Shown here one piece after another: positions 54,208 through 64,000 of a DNA stretch of 64,000 nucleotides. Every line of letters starts with the position of its first letter. Positions within the stretch are counted from its first letter, which is position 1. The translations under genes and the position numbers were made by a program. Source of the DNA: an uncultured Chthonomonadaceae bacterium (GTDB lineage: Bacteria > Armatimonadota > Chthonomonadetes > Chthonomonadales > Chthonomonadaceae); assembly GCA_963817895.1 (NCBI GenBank), contig CAWFQB010000001.1:800001-864000 (forward strand), given 5' to 3'. The notes under the pieces were generated by a model, which worked only from the letters and a program-made list of their open reading frames with translations, made no database searches and was not told the DNA's origin.

Positions 54208-56149
54208 TCATGAAGCGGGGTTCTTTGCCTCTTCACTTACAGGAATGTCAAGCGCGCGCAGCCATTCGCGCAATTTGGCAACGCGGGCGCGATCTTCGCC
54301 CGGAAGCTGCAAGGGCCGTCCCCGCGCGTCAATCATCACGCCGACAACCCCGCTCTGCGCCTGCACGGTAACAGGCTTGCCCTTTCCCGCGCCCACGTCA
54401 AAGGCTTTTGTCGGCGTGATGGTAAGGGTGATTGGTGGTTGGTGGTTGGTGGTTGGTAATGGCACTGCTTCAGTCTTCTCTTCTTCCTTCTCTTCTTCCC
54501 CAAAGACGCGCAGGGTTCCAAACGGAACCACCTCCCGTTGCCCTTCCCATTCGATGGTTACGCAGGGTTCGCCCTCCTTAGCTACGCCAATCGGGGCGAT
54601 ACAGGTTCCCAGGATGATTAAACAATCGCGCTCAAAGACCTGCGTGGCGGCTTCGGGGTGAACAGTGGAGAGTATGCCTAATTGGGGCATCATAAAAATC
54701 GAGTCTACGGTAAGCAGGGTGATGCCTTCGGGCTGATACGCATCGAGCATCATCAGGGCGGATTGGGCGCGGCGGGGCGCGTGGGACAGGACGCCACCGG
54801 AACCGACAATCATATCGAGGGACAGCAGGTTGACAAGGGTTTGCCCCGTGCCCTTCTGGTCGAACATGTTGCCGACGTTTTTCTCGGTTGTCACGCCCGT
54901 CAGCCCGCGCGCAAGCGATTTATGATGGTCGAAGGCAAGGCGCAGGGCTTCGCGGCACACGGCCTGCTCGATTTGCAGGTCTTCCAATCGCTGGGGAATG
55001 GTGGTGGGGCGTATCATCTTGTTGCGCAGTTGGTTGCGCAGGTCGGCCTCGGACACATCGAAGGGCAGCCAGCGCCGGATGTTGGCGACGCCCGCTTCGG
55101 TCAGCACGTTGCAGATGGAATACGACATGCCTAAATTGGCCGAAACCGTCCGGTTGAACACGCCCCCGAAGACGGAAAACACGTCCGTTGTCGCGCCGCC
55201 AATATCCACGCCCAGAACATTGATGCCCCGTTGCGCGGCGATGGTTTCCATGATTTTGCCGACCGCGTTGGGCGTGGACATGATGCCCGTACTCGTCCAT
55301 GTGGAGAGTTTGCCGTAACCGGGAGCCTGCTGCATGACGTGTTCCAGAAACAGTTCGTGAATGGCTTCGCGGGCGGGAAGCAGATTTTCGCGCTCCATCG
55401 TGGGACGCAGATTGTCCACCTGCCGCAATGAGACGCGCTCCTCTAGTAGTTCCGCAACGGGCGCGTAGGCCTGTTTGTTGCCTGCATAAATGACAGGCAG
55501 GTTCAGGCCCAAGCCGAGACGCGGTTTGGGATCGGCGGAAACCAGCATTTCAGCCATTTCGACGAGGTGGCTGACCGTGCCGCCATCTGTGCCGCCTGCC
55601 ATCAAAATCATGTCGGGGCGCAGTTGGCGCAGGCGTTCCACGCGCTCATGCTCCTTGCGGCCATCATTGACGGCGACCACATCAATCACGATTGCGCCCG
55701 CGCCCAGTGCCGCCCGCTGCGCAGATTCCGCGCTCATGGCCTTGACGACGCCCGCAACCGACATTTGCAGCCCGCCGCCCGCGCTGGATGTGGACAGATA
55801 CAAATCCACGCCCGTTTGCGCGTCCTGCAGTCGGGGTCATGGGCCTGCCGCCATTGACTTCGGACGCGCCGAGAATGGTTTTGCCGCTGAGTTCTTCCAC
55901 TTCACGGACGGCGTTCACCACGCCTACAGTCACATCATCAAACGGCGCTTCTACGGTGGTGGGCGCTTCGCCCCTTGTAGTCAAACGATACTCGCCGTTC
56001 GCCTGCAATTCGATGAGAATGGCTTTGGTGGTCGTGCTGCCGCAGTCCGTCGCCAGTATGCTGCGAACCTGATGCGGGGCGGGAAGCGCGGCAGGAGTGG
56101 AAGTCGCATCCTGCGGCGCGGAGTGAGAAAGTGAGGATTCATTGGTCAT
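54208..56149 (-). CDS. glmL: Glutamate mutase L (GlmL)-like ASKHA-fold protein (frameshift near 55820)
   Basis: DCGSTTTK, PTTVE, SSAGGGL, AGGTDGG, YAGN, VDIGGATTDVFS, RTVSANLGM, GSGGV. Confidence 0.8.
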
Positions 56150-56173
56150 AAGCGGCGTTTCTACCCAAACAAT

Positions 56174-56755
56174 TTAACGGGCTACAGCTTTGGGGTGAAC
56201 GCTGCGGAACTTCCAGGCTCCGAATGTCAGCAGCAGGCCCAGGGAGAGCAGCGTGGAGGCTTCGGGAACGGCCGAGGAGTTGACCGTGATCTGGAAGTTT
56301 TCCGTCACCTGATCGAGTACCACGCCGTTGGGATCCGTATTGCCCTGAATGGTGAAATAGCCCGCGTAGGTTCCCGGCGTGGCATTTTGTCCCACAAAAA
56401 TATTGGCGAGAGGGATGACGCGCTGCTCATTGGAAGCGAGCGGCGCGGGAAAATCAGGAGAGACAAACGGCGTATCATCCAGCGCAACCGTCAGGTTCGA
56501 GGTCGGCGGGCCGATCTCTGTTGGGCCTGCCATGCTGGTGAAGTTGGCGTTGTCGCCAAGAAAATAAAACGAACTGCTGAACAGGTTCTTCACCGCCGCG
56601 CTCAGGGACAATGTTTGCCCCTTTGTGGCCGTGAAGATGTTGGGATTGTTGGAGGTAATCACCAGTTGCGCGCGGGCGGAAGCCTGCCCGAAGAGGCTTA
56701 AAATTCCGACGAGCAGAAACAGACCTTTGCATTTTGAACAGTTGGGGAGCATCAT
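56174..56755 (-). CDS. PEP-CTERM-type sorted protein
   Basis: Signal peptide ...ASARA|Q; C-terminal VPEASTLLSLGLLLTFGAWKFR. Confidence 0.75.
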   Translation of the reverse strand: MMLPNCSKCKGLFLLVGILSLFGQASARAQLVITSNNPNIFTATKGQTLSLSAAVKNLFSSSFYFLGDNANFTSMAGPTEIGPPTSNLTVALDDTPFVSPDFPAPLASNEQRVIPLANIFVGQNATPGTYAGYFTIQGNTDPNGVVLDQVTENFQITVNSSAVPEASTLLSLGLLLTFGAWKFRSVHPKAVAR

Positions 56756-56767
56756 CAGGTTTCCCTC

Positions 56768-59700
56768 CTATGGCAGCGTGATCTGTAGGGAGCCGCCGAA
56801 ACTGCCGAGCGAAGACGCTCCCGACAGGCGCAGCAGCACTTTGGAACCGCGCGCCCCGGCGGACACGGGATACGTCAGCGTGACGCTGCCCGCGCTTCCC
56901 GAAGCAAGCGTTCCCAGGCTGGCGGGCAAGGCAGGCGATGTGGGCGCGGCGACGGCTCCCAAAATGGCGCGCGTGATCTGCGTGTTGCCCGCGCTTGTTT
57001 TCGCGTTGTTGGCGCAGGTCACGGTGATCTGGTACGCGCCGCCGACAAAAGCCGCTGTCGTGGTGACGCGAACACCCGTTTGCGATAGCGTGAAACTCTG
57101 GCTTGTCTGGTTCGGCCCGATAGCAGCCGGAAGCGAATGTGGAATGAAATCAAAGCCTGCTTTGGCGGGCGTCAGCGTAAATGTGCCGGAACGCTGGTTG
57201 GCAAAGGAGTACGTTCCATCACTGCCGGTTGACGTTGACAGCGTGATGGGAACGCCGTTGGCAACCAGGGTCAGGCTGAACGAGTTCAGCGTACCCGTAA
57301 GTCCACTGTAGTAGTCCTGCACGTACAAATGCCAGTTGCCCGCAACCGGCTTGCCGACGAACGCGGACAGACTGCTGTACGGCACGGTCAGGTCCGGGTA
57401 ACTGGTGATCACATCCGCAGCAGGATCAGGTCCCGGAACCTGCAATATCACGTAGTCGTTGTCCGGGGCAAACAGGGCAATCAGGAGATCGCCGCGAAAC
57501 GGATGCGTGATGTTGACACCGACCTGCACACTGTTCACGGTTCCCGTCCCGGGAAACGTCAGGGGAGCGAATATGTAATCGCCGGGATTGTTTCCGCTAT
57601 CGTCCAGGCCATCGGGAATGGGAGTGTTTGGCGAAACCGTTTGCGTGGGCAGCGCGGCGATTCCTGTTCCGCTGGCGGTGAGACTGACGCCGCTGACGGG
57701 CGCGGCGTCCAATGTCGTCACCGTGCCACTGATAAGGTATAGATCGGTCACATTCAGCGTCGTGAAGCGCGCGCTGCCGCTGTATTTCGCGGCAACAAGA
57801 ACAGAAGCGTTCTCGGTTACTGCCGTTGTGGTAATCGGGAAATTCACGGTCGTCTTGCCTGCGGGAACGGTGACGCTGGCGGGAACCGACGCGATGCCGG
57901 CGGGAGAGGCCGACAGCGTGACGACGGCCCCTCCTGTGGAAGCCGGGTTGAGGAGCGTGACCGTCCCCTGAGCCGTCGCGCCGCCGGACACGCTGGCCGC
58001 CTTTAGCGTAAGCGAAGTCACCGCGCCGCCGGGAATGCCGTTGAGCGCGGCGGCGGCATCCAGAATTCCGAATCCGCTATCCCGGTCGTAGCCGGACGCC
58101 ATGATGTCAATGGTCGTGCTTTGCAGAGCGGTTCGCGTCTGCGCCGGCGTCATCATGGGATTATAGGATTTGAGCAGGCCGGCAATCGCGGCGGCATGGG
58201 GCGCGGCGGCGCTGGTTCCATAAAAGGGGTTGAAGCCATTGACGGAAGTGGATACCCCGTCGGCAGCCGTAATGTCGGGCTTGTTGCGGATCGCGCCGCC
58301 CGTAGACGAGAAGTTACCGGGCGTGATGGCCGTGCCGTCGGCGTTGAAAAACACGCGGCGCGGTCCGTCGCTGCTGAAGGTTTCGACAACATTTCTTCCA
58401 TTGAAGGGATCGGGATAGGAGGCCAGGGCAGGCGTGGCCGCAACCGCGAAAGCGTTCACCGCGCTGGAGTGTCCAAACGTCTGTCCTATCGTGCTGAAGG
58501 CCAGTGTCGAGGCGCCATCATCGGCAACTATGTTCACGCGCAGAAAGCGCGGCGCGGCATCGGCGCGCTTGACAATGACAAGCTGCTGCCCATCGCTGAC
58601 GCCGATGATCTCAAAGGGATCCTGTAAGCCGTTTTGCGTATCTGTGGAAGCGTCAACCACGCTGCTTCCCGTGTTGTCAAGAACGTACAGGTCATAGTCG
58701 TTGGAGGACGCCCCCAGAGGATCAGACCAGGTTAGAATTGCGGCCAGGAATTGGCCTCCAACCACGTTCGCGGTATTGAGGACGCTGGCCCCGAAACTGT
58801 GCAGGCGCGCGTCCGTTCCCCCGGTGGTTTCGATGGTGACGGGGCCGCCATCGTTAAAATCCCCCTGCCATACGGTAGCCGTATTATCGTCCTTGTTGCC
58901 CTGATTGCCCGCCGAGGAGAAATACAGCCCGCCATTCGCCGTGACATCGTTGACGGCCTGGGCGACCGGACCATCCTGAAAAGGAGATTCGTTGAGATAA
59001 AAGACGTCGTCCACAATAATATCGCAGCCCGCCGCGCGCAGATTGCGGATGTTGTCGGCAAAGACGGAGGGGCCGCCATCGGCAGTGGCAAAATATAAGC
59101 CCGCGCCCGGCGCAAGGTCATGCACGATTTCCAGCATCGCCGTGCCCTCGTCGCCGGAACCGGCCTGCCCCGGCAGCACGGTCACGGGACCAAGCTCGCC
59201 CGCGCTTTGCGAAGCGCCCAGGCTGTCCACGCCGCTGGAAAGGACGCCGATTGTGATTCCTGTTCCATCCACGCCGAAAATGCCGCGCGCAATATCGGCG
59301 CGGTGCGTGGCATCCCCTTCCGAAGTAACTGGCCCCGTTCTGGCGAGGAACTCGGAACCCAACACGGTCAGGCCGGTCAGCATCCCCATATTCAGGGTCG
59401 TGGCAGACAGCGCTCCAAAGCGGGCCGCGCGGTTCTGCGGCAGGCTGAAAGCGGCGGCAGGAAATTTCTGCATCCGCGCCACAAGTTCGGGCAGCGTTCG
59501 CCGCAGCCGCGCTTCCCGCGTCAGGGTCGGCGCGAACGCCGGCGACAGGAACCCGTCCAACGGGGAAGAGGGCGCAGGGAGGAATGTGTCGAATGGCGCC
59601 GGGGCAAACGGCAGGGACGCGAACGGCAAAGCCGGAGGAGATGGGGGCGCGTGTCTGGCCCGCCAGTCCGGCAGCGCGGAAATTTTGCGCCCCGACAACC

Positions 59701-60241
59701 GGTACGGAACGGCGGGACGAATAAACTTCACGTCCGGGTTTGCGGCAAGAGTCGGAATCAGCGTCAGCGGCACAGACGCGCGAATAGTATTCAGCCGGGG
59801 AAAGTTGTTGACAATCACGCCGTTACGCATGATTTGTTTCAGCAAGGGGACGGTATTGCGCGCGTCTATGTCAACCAGCGTCAGGCCGTTTTTGTCCTGC
59901 GTAATGGTAGTTTTCAGGGTGGTGACGCCGCGCGCGATGGCCTGATGCCGCGCCATTTTCCCGGCATACAGCAACTGCGAGTCAATTTTACGCTGCGAGG
60001 GCGTCCGCGCCTCTTTTTCCGCTTCCAGCGCCAGTATCTGCGCCCGAACGTTCGGGCTGAGAGGCGCCTTGTCGCCATTTCCAGGAAGAGGAACGGGAAT
60101 GAGAATAGGAGAACGCTGCGCCTGCGCCCGCGCCGCAATCATCGGGGCCGTAAGCAGCAGCGCGGCGGATAGGGCCAGCATTCCGCCGATGCGGCGACCG
60201 GCGGCAAGCAAAGCGGGGTCATGAGAATGATTCGTGTGCAT
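56768..60241 (-). CDS. Secreted S8/S53-type serine peptidase with Ig-like and proprotein-convertase P domains
   Basis: DEGTAMLEIVHDLAPGA, SSAGN, KPDITAADG, FYGTSAAAPH; V.ITH..RGDL, G.W.L.V.D (P-domain). Confidence 0.85.
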   Translation of the reverse strand: MHTNHSHDPALLAAGRRIGGMLALSAALLLTAPMIAARAQAQRSPILIPVPLPGNGDKAPLSPNVRAQILALEAEKEARTPSQRKIDSQLLYAGKMARHQAIARGVTTLKTTITQDKNGLTLVDIDARNTVPLLKQIMRNGVIVNNFPRLNTIRASVPLTLIPTLAANPDVKFIRPAVPYRLSGRKISALPDWRARHAPPSPPALPFASLPFAPAPFDTFLPAPSSPLDGFLSPAFAPTLTREARLRRTLPELVARMQKFPAAAFSLPQNRAARFGALSATTLNMGMLTGLTVLGSEFLARTGPVTSEGDATHRADIARGIFGVDGTGITIGVLSSGVDSLGASQSAGELGPVTVLPGQAGSGDEGTAMLEIVHDLAPGAGLYFATADGGPSVFADNIRNLRAAGCDIIVDDVFYLNESPFQDGPVAQAVNDVTANGGLYFSSAGNQGNKDDNTATVWQGDFNDGGPVTIETTGGTDARLHSFGASVLNTANVVGGQFLAAILTWSDPLGASSNDYDLYVLDNTGSSVVDASTDTQNGLQDPFEIIGVSDGQQLVIVKRADAAPRFLRVNIVADDGASTLAFSTIGQTFGHSSAVNAFAVAATPALASYPDPFNGRNVVETFSSDGPRRVFFNADGTAITPGNFSSTGGAIRNKPDITAADGVSTSVNGFNPFYGTSAAAPHAAAIAGLLKSYNPMMTPAQTRTALQSTTIDIMASGYDRDSGFGILDAAAALNGIPGGAVTSLTLKAASVSGGATAQGTVTLLNPASTGGAVVTLSASPAGIASVPASVTVPAGKTTVNFPITTTAVTENASVLVAAKYSGSARFTTLNVTDLYLISGTVTTLDAAPVSGVSLTASGTGIAALPTQTVSPNTPIPDGLDDSGNNPGDYIFAPLTFPGTGTVNSVQVGVNITHPFRGDLLIALFAPDNDYVILQVPGPDPAADVITSYPDLTVPYSSLSAFVGKPVAGNWHLYVQDYYSGLTGTLNSFSLTLVANGVPITLSTSTGSDGTYSFANQRSGTFTLTPAKAGFDFIPHSLPAAIGPNQTSQSFTLSQTGVRVTTTAAFVGGAYQITVTCANNAKTSAGNTQITRAILGAVAAPTSPALPASLGTLASGSAGSVTLTYPVSAGARGSKVLLRLSGASSLGSFGGSLQITLP

Positions 60242-60581
60242 TGTTCTCTGTCCTCAATGAAAACTTGTCTGGAAACGCGAGAAACTTACAGCGTTATATG
60301 GAAAGTCCGCTTTGCGCGGAAGCGATTAGCAATATCAAACTTGCCGGAGGAGGCAATGCAGGGCGCAGACGCCTGGCGCTGCCGGAAAAGGAGAACAGGA
60401 ACCGAATGAAAAATGAACTGATGAAAGGAGTTGCCGGAAACTTACGCGACAGCGCGAATTCGGACAACAAATAGTAAAGTGGGTTTGGTCATTATACACT
60501 ATAAAGAGAGCGCTCTTCAATGGGACGCGACAAGATTATGCGGCTGATTGCCGCGCTGCACAGGCCTGATTCCTGCGGGAA

Positions 60582-61349
60582 TCAGGTAGACATCCACGAA
60601 CCGCCGGTGACAGGGAGGGTTACGCCGGTCAGGTAGTTGGCGGCGTCGGAGGCGAAAAAGACGGCTACGCCTGCCACGTCTTCCACGCTCGCGATGCGTC
60701 CGAGGGGGATTTGCGACAGAATATCCGCTGCCATGGTCGCCATGCCTTCCCGCGCCATTGCCGTTTCCACCCAACCCGGCGCGATGCAGTAGGATAGAAT
60801 GTTGTTGTGGGCTTCGGCGCGGGCGAGGCAGCGCGTCAGGTTCACCATGCCCGCTTTGCTCACGGCATACGCGGGCGCGTCGGTTTCCGCCCGAAATGCG
60901 GAACGGGACGCGATATTGATGACCTTGCCCCCGCCCTGCTGTTTCATCTGCGGCAGGGCGCAAAACGTGGCATTAACCGCGCTCATGAGATTGGTGTCCA
61001 GCGTTCGTTTCCAGCCGGCCTGCCAGTCGTCATAATCTGGCGTGTCAAAGGGAACCGTCTCGAAAATACCGGCGTTGTTGACCAGCACATCTAATCTGCC
61101 GAACGCGCTTACAGTTTGCTCCACCATGCGCCGCACATCATCGGGGTTGCTCACGTCCGCCTGTACCGGCAGATGTGAACCGGACGGCGGGGGCGGCAGT
61201 TCGGCCAGCAATTCACGCGCCGCATCCGCATTGGCGTTGTAATGAACGGCTACCCGCATCCCCCGCCGCGCGTATTGGCGCGCAATCGCCGCCCCGATAC
61301 CCCGTGAGGCTCCCGTAACCAGCGCCGTTCGCCCACTCAATTCTTCCAT
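60582..61349 (-). CDS. SDR family oxidoreductase (FabG-like)
   Basis: TGASRGIG, NNAG, YAVSK, APGWVET. Confidence 0.9.
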   Translation of the reverse strand: MEELSGRTALVTGASRGIGAAIARQYARRGMRVAVHYNANADAARELLAELPPPPSGSHLPVQADVSNPDDVRRMVEQTVSAFGRLDVLVNNAGIFETVPFDTPDYDDWQAGWKRTLDTNLMSAVNATFCALPQMKQQGGGKVINIASRSAFRAETDAPAYAVSKAGMVNLTRCLARAEAHNNILSYCIAPGWVETAMAREGMATMAADILSQIPLGRIASVEDVAGVAVFFASDAANYLTGVTLPVTGGSWMST

Positions 61350-61406
61350 AATGTTCTTTTCTCCTCAAATTTGGCGCTTGTGTATTGCGGTCTTCCTCTT
61401 AACTGC

Positions 61407-62726
61407 TCAGGCCAGCGCCATAACATGCGAAGATTGTTTTGGAAACAGAGCGTTCAATAGCACAGTTGCCTCGTAGTTTCGCGCCCAACAATCCCGGTCC
61501 ATTTCGCGCAGGTCGTCCAGTGTCCGATGCCCGAAGAGCAGGGGCGTAAAAAGATTGCCAGTAAACCCCGCGTCCCCGTCACCCTCGTTTGCCGGTGTCC
61601 ATGCCTCCACTTCGGTGATACGTCCGTCCACGATGTTCAGCCGCAACCCCGAACGGTAAAAGTTCAGCCGCAGTTCGCCCGTGTGACCGGCAACGGGCGA
61701 AGCCGCCAATCGGTTATCAAGGGCTGAAGCGATGTGCCGTACGAAACCCGGCATGTCGGGAACGCGGATGCCCCACTCGCAATGCTGATCGTATAGTGGC
61801 GTCAGCCAACCCGCAGCCACCTCGAAAACCGGGTGTCCCGGCGCAAGGCTGAACGCGACGCCATTAAAGGTATCTTTGTTTTTCTCCGCGATACGGTCGC
61901 ACTCGGCGTACACAGCGCGTATCACGGAGGGAGTCACCGCCAGCCACGAAACGCCGTCCCGAACTTCATACAGCATCACGCGCCCACATCCCCACGGATC
62001 ATGGACAACGAACCCGACGGGCTGATTTTCCCGATCCCATATAACCCGCAGATCGTACCACCGGTTATACCCCGGTTCTCCGCCGCGCAGCAGAAACTCC
62101 CACACTGACGGGATTTCGACCACCGAAAGGCAGTACCGACTGCGGCTCCGGGTGAACAGGTCACGGACAAAGGCGAGATCGGAGGGCGTAGCAAGACGCG
62201 CTACAAATGGCTCCGGCTCGCCCCCGGCAAGACGGGGCAGGCAAGACCGCAACACGACGCGCCCGCCGGAGTTCATGCCGCCGTTGTTGTCCAGCGCGGG
62301 CTGGTAGCCGAAATCTCGGTACAGCCATGTCGCCCCCTCGACAATTTGCAGCCGTTGCCCCTGCGTCCCGGCCCACTGATGCAACTCCTCGAACTGCATC
62401 CGTACCAGTCCCCGGCGGCGGTAATCCGGGCGAGTCGCGACGGCCTCGGCGCGTCCTGCCGCGAAGAGGATGCCTGCATAAGTAAGTGTCTGTGGCAGGA
62501 GGCAGGCAGCGGAAACAATGTCCCCGCTCGTCGTCTCCTCAACCAGAGTGAAGCCGTCCAACGCGCTTGTCGGATGGTCGCCGCGCAGCCACTCCCGAAT
62601 GTGAAAACCCATTGGGAAGTGCATATTCTGTGTCTGAAAAGCGGCCAGTGGTTCGGTGTCGGCCTGCGTCACGCGCCGCAGGACTAGACTGTTGCCCAAA
62701 TCGCGCAAAACTGTTTTGGATGTCAT
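61407..62726 (-). CDS. Eis-like multi-domain GNAT acetyltransferase
   Basis: VATRPDYRRRGL, LYRDFGY, C-terminal SCP2-like LLFG segment. Confidence 0.75.
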   Translation of the reverse strand: MTSKTVLRDLGNSLVLRRVTQADTEPLAAFQTQNMHFPMGFHIREWLRGDHPTSALDGFTLVEETTSGDIVSAACLLPQTLTYAGILFAAGRAEAVATRPDYRRRGLVRMQFEELHQWAGTQGQRLQIVEGATWLYRDFGYQPALDNNGGMNSGGRVVLRSCLPRLAGGEPEPFVARLATPSDLAFVRDLFTRSRSRYCLSVVEIPSVWEFLLRGGEPGYNRWYDLRVIWDRENQPVGFVVHDPWGCGRVMLYEVRDGVSWLAVTPSVIRAVYAECDRIAEKNKDTFNGVAFSLAPGHPVFEVAAGWLTPLYDQHCEWGIRVPDMPGFVRHIASALDNRLAASPVAGHTGELRLNFYRSGLRLNIVDGRITEVEAWTPANEGDGDAGFTGNLFTPLLFGHRTLDDLREMDRDCWARNYEATVLLNALFPKQSSHVMALA

Positions 62727-62840
62727 TCTGAGTAGTCATGCCTCCCTGTGCTTTTGGTCCTTTATCTCCTCAGAAGGCTGGCTTGCTAATGTTCTCTCCT
62801 GGACATTTCCTGCGGTATAATAGCACGAAGACACAGGAAG

Positions 62841-63110
62841 TTGGCGCGAACAGCAAGAAACATTGAGAAAAAGGACGTTGCAAGGATGATGAGCATCGTT
62901 GTGCGGCGGGCGTTGTGGCGGGCGGCGAATGACCCGGATTTTCGGCGGCGAACCCTGTTGAATCTGGGGATGGCGCTGGCCGAAGATGGGTTTATCCTGA
63001 CCAATGAAGAGATGGCTGTGATGCGCGACTGGTGGGAACCGTTATGCGGTTTGTCCGAGCGGGCGGCGTATGAGCGGCTTGCCGCCCTTGCCCGCTCCCA
63101 TCCGCGCTAG
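62841..63110 (+). CDS. Small NHLP-leader/Os1348-like protein
   Basis: RAANDPDFRRRTL...AL...G..LTNEE pattern. Confidence 0.5.
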   Translation: MARTARNIEKKDVARMMSIVVRRALWRAANDPDFRRRTLLNLGMALAEDGFILTNEEMAVMRDWWEPLCGLSERAAYERLAALARSHPR

Positions 63111-63582
63111 AAGGGCAAGGTTCGTATTTTGCCGCTTCAGGCAAGGCAAATGCGCCCTATCGCAAGCCGAATCAATCATTTGTACACGCTATAGCCGCCC
63201 TTATGCCGTGTGCAAGCAAAATTTATGAAAATTTTTCATCGTTTGGGCGCAAAACGGAACTATTGGCACGTTTCTTGCAATAAGAGAAATGTGAGGAGAG
63301 CGTTGTAAAATCGCAAGCCCCTTTGAGCGCCGTGCTGCCGGACCGGGCAACTTTGAAGAGAGGTTCCGGACTTCTTCCGCCCCGCCCCGCCTATCGGCGC
63401 TTATTGACAGCAAGGACGGTCAGCCGTGTAATGGCGCCCTGACCGTCCCTCCTTCGGCCTTTTCCCCGTTTTGCCCCCTTATTTACGACGTTCTGCGATT
63501 CTTTTCGCCTGATTCGCTGTCACAAGCAGGTAAAATCAGTGTCAATAGCGAATAGAATTCCGCAGAAGGAGCCTCCACGTTT

Positions 63583-64000
63583 ATGCGCAAAATCTCCCTT
63601 GTTTCCACGTCCACGTTGTTCGTGTCCGATGCGGATTGCGCTCGTTCTCGACCCGAAAGCGCGAAGCGGCCAGTAAATAGGCGTGTCGCGCTGCCCCTTT
63701 CCGCGTTATGCCTTGTGGCGCTCGGCGTTCGGCCCTGTAGGGCGCAAAACGCCGCGCCCGCGTCCGCCGCCGCCGCCAAACCTGCCCCCGCCAAATCCGA
63801 CGCTTCCACTCCGGCCCCGATTGTGAAACCGGTTGCCGCGCCGGTTGCGGCAACGGAACCCGAACTGCCGCCGGACACGCCGCGAATCGGGCAGATTGTC
63901 GTTATCGGCAACAAAACGCTGTCGCAAACCGCCATTATACTTTTCAGCGGGCATAACGCGGGCGACGCCTGCATCGAAACGGTGCTGAGTGAAGATGCGG
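63583..64000 (+). CDS. N-terminus of a POTRA-domain (BamA/Omp85-like) protein; runs off the window
   Basis: Open frame from ATG 63583; signal-like segment, Ala/Pro linker, IGQIVVIGNKTLSQTAI. Confidence 0.6.
   Translation, partial: MRKISLVSTSTLFVSDADCARSRPESAKRPVNRRVALPLSALCLVALGVRPCRAQNAAPASAAAAKPAPAKSDASTPAPIVKPVAAPVAATEPELPPDTPRIGQIVVIGNKTLSQTAIILFSGHNAGDACIETVLSEDA

Noticed and set aside
8500..56149. Numerous frameshifts (pilC, pilD, giant pilins, sodA, SDR, glmL and others) read as mass pseudogenisation, phase variation or programmed frameshifting
   Set aside because: They are single-base indels scattered through conserved housekeeping genes as well, with no accompanying decay. Uncorrected long-read error is the simpler explanation, though only polishing can confirm it.
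63111..63582. Long intergenic region with a hairpin (ggacggtcag...ctgaccgtcc) as a riboswitch or ncRNA
   Set aside because: I recognised no family consensus; an Rfam/Infernal scan would be needed.

Overview
GC-rich bacterial window. The gene content (FTLIELLVVIAIIAILAAILFPVF-type pilins, a PEP-CTERM protein, a GlmL-like gene) suggests an Armatimonadota-like lineage (inference). Bases ~2-36.5 kb form one co-directional type IV pilus locus: pilB, a catalytically degenerate tandem pilB copy, a MITE and an IS982, pilT, a membrane-less N-terminal pilC copy, pilC, pilD, two paralogous pilins, giant PilV/PilW/PilX-like pilins (~700-1080 aa), and two very large secreted proteins (~1700 and ~3000 aa after joining frameshifts). 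The rest holds yqeG, aroE, sodA, fdhD, a galM/uxaE/SDR sugar-acid cluster, a TA-like pair, an AAA-WD40 protein, an orphan nrfD, an internally deleted HAMP-EAL gene, an orphan glmL-like pair, a PEP-CTERM protein, an S8 protease, GNATs, an SDR and the start of a POTRA gene. Many intergenic regions carry inverted pairs of heptamer tandem arrays or a CCTCACCCC/CCCCTCTCC REP family, and some of these repeats sit in frame inside genes. Many single-base frameshifts, including in housekeeping genes, most likely reflect unpolished long-read errors. No rRNA, tRNA or CRISPR array was recognised.
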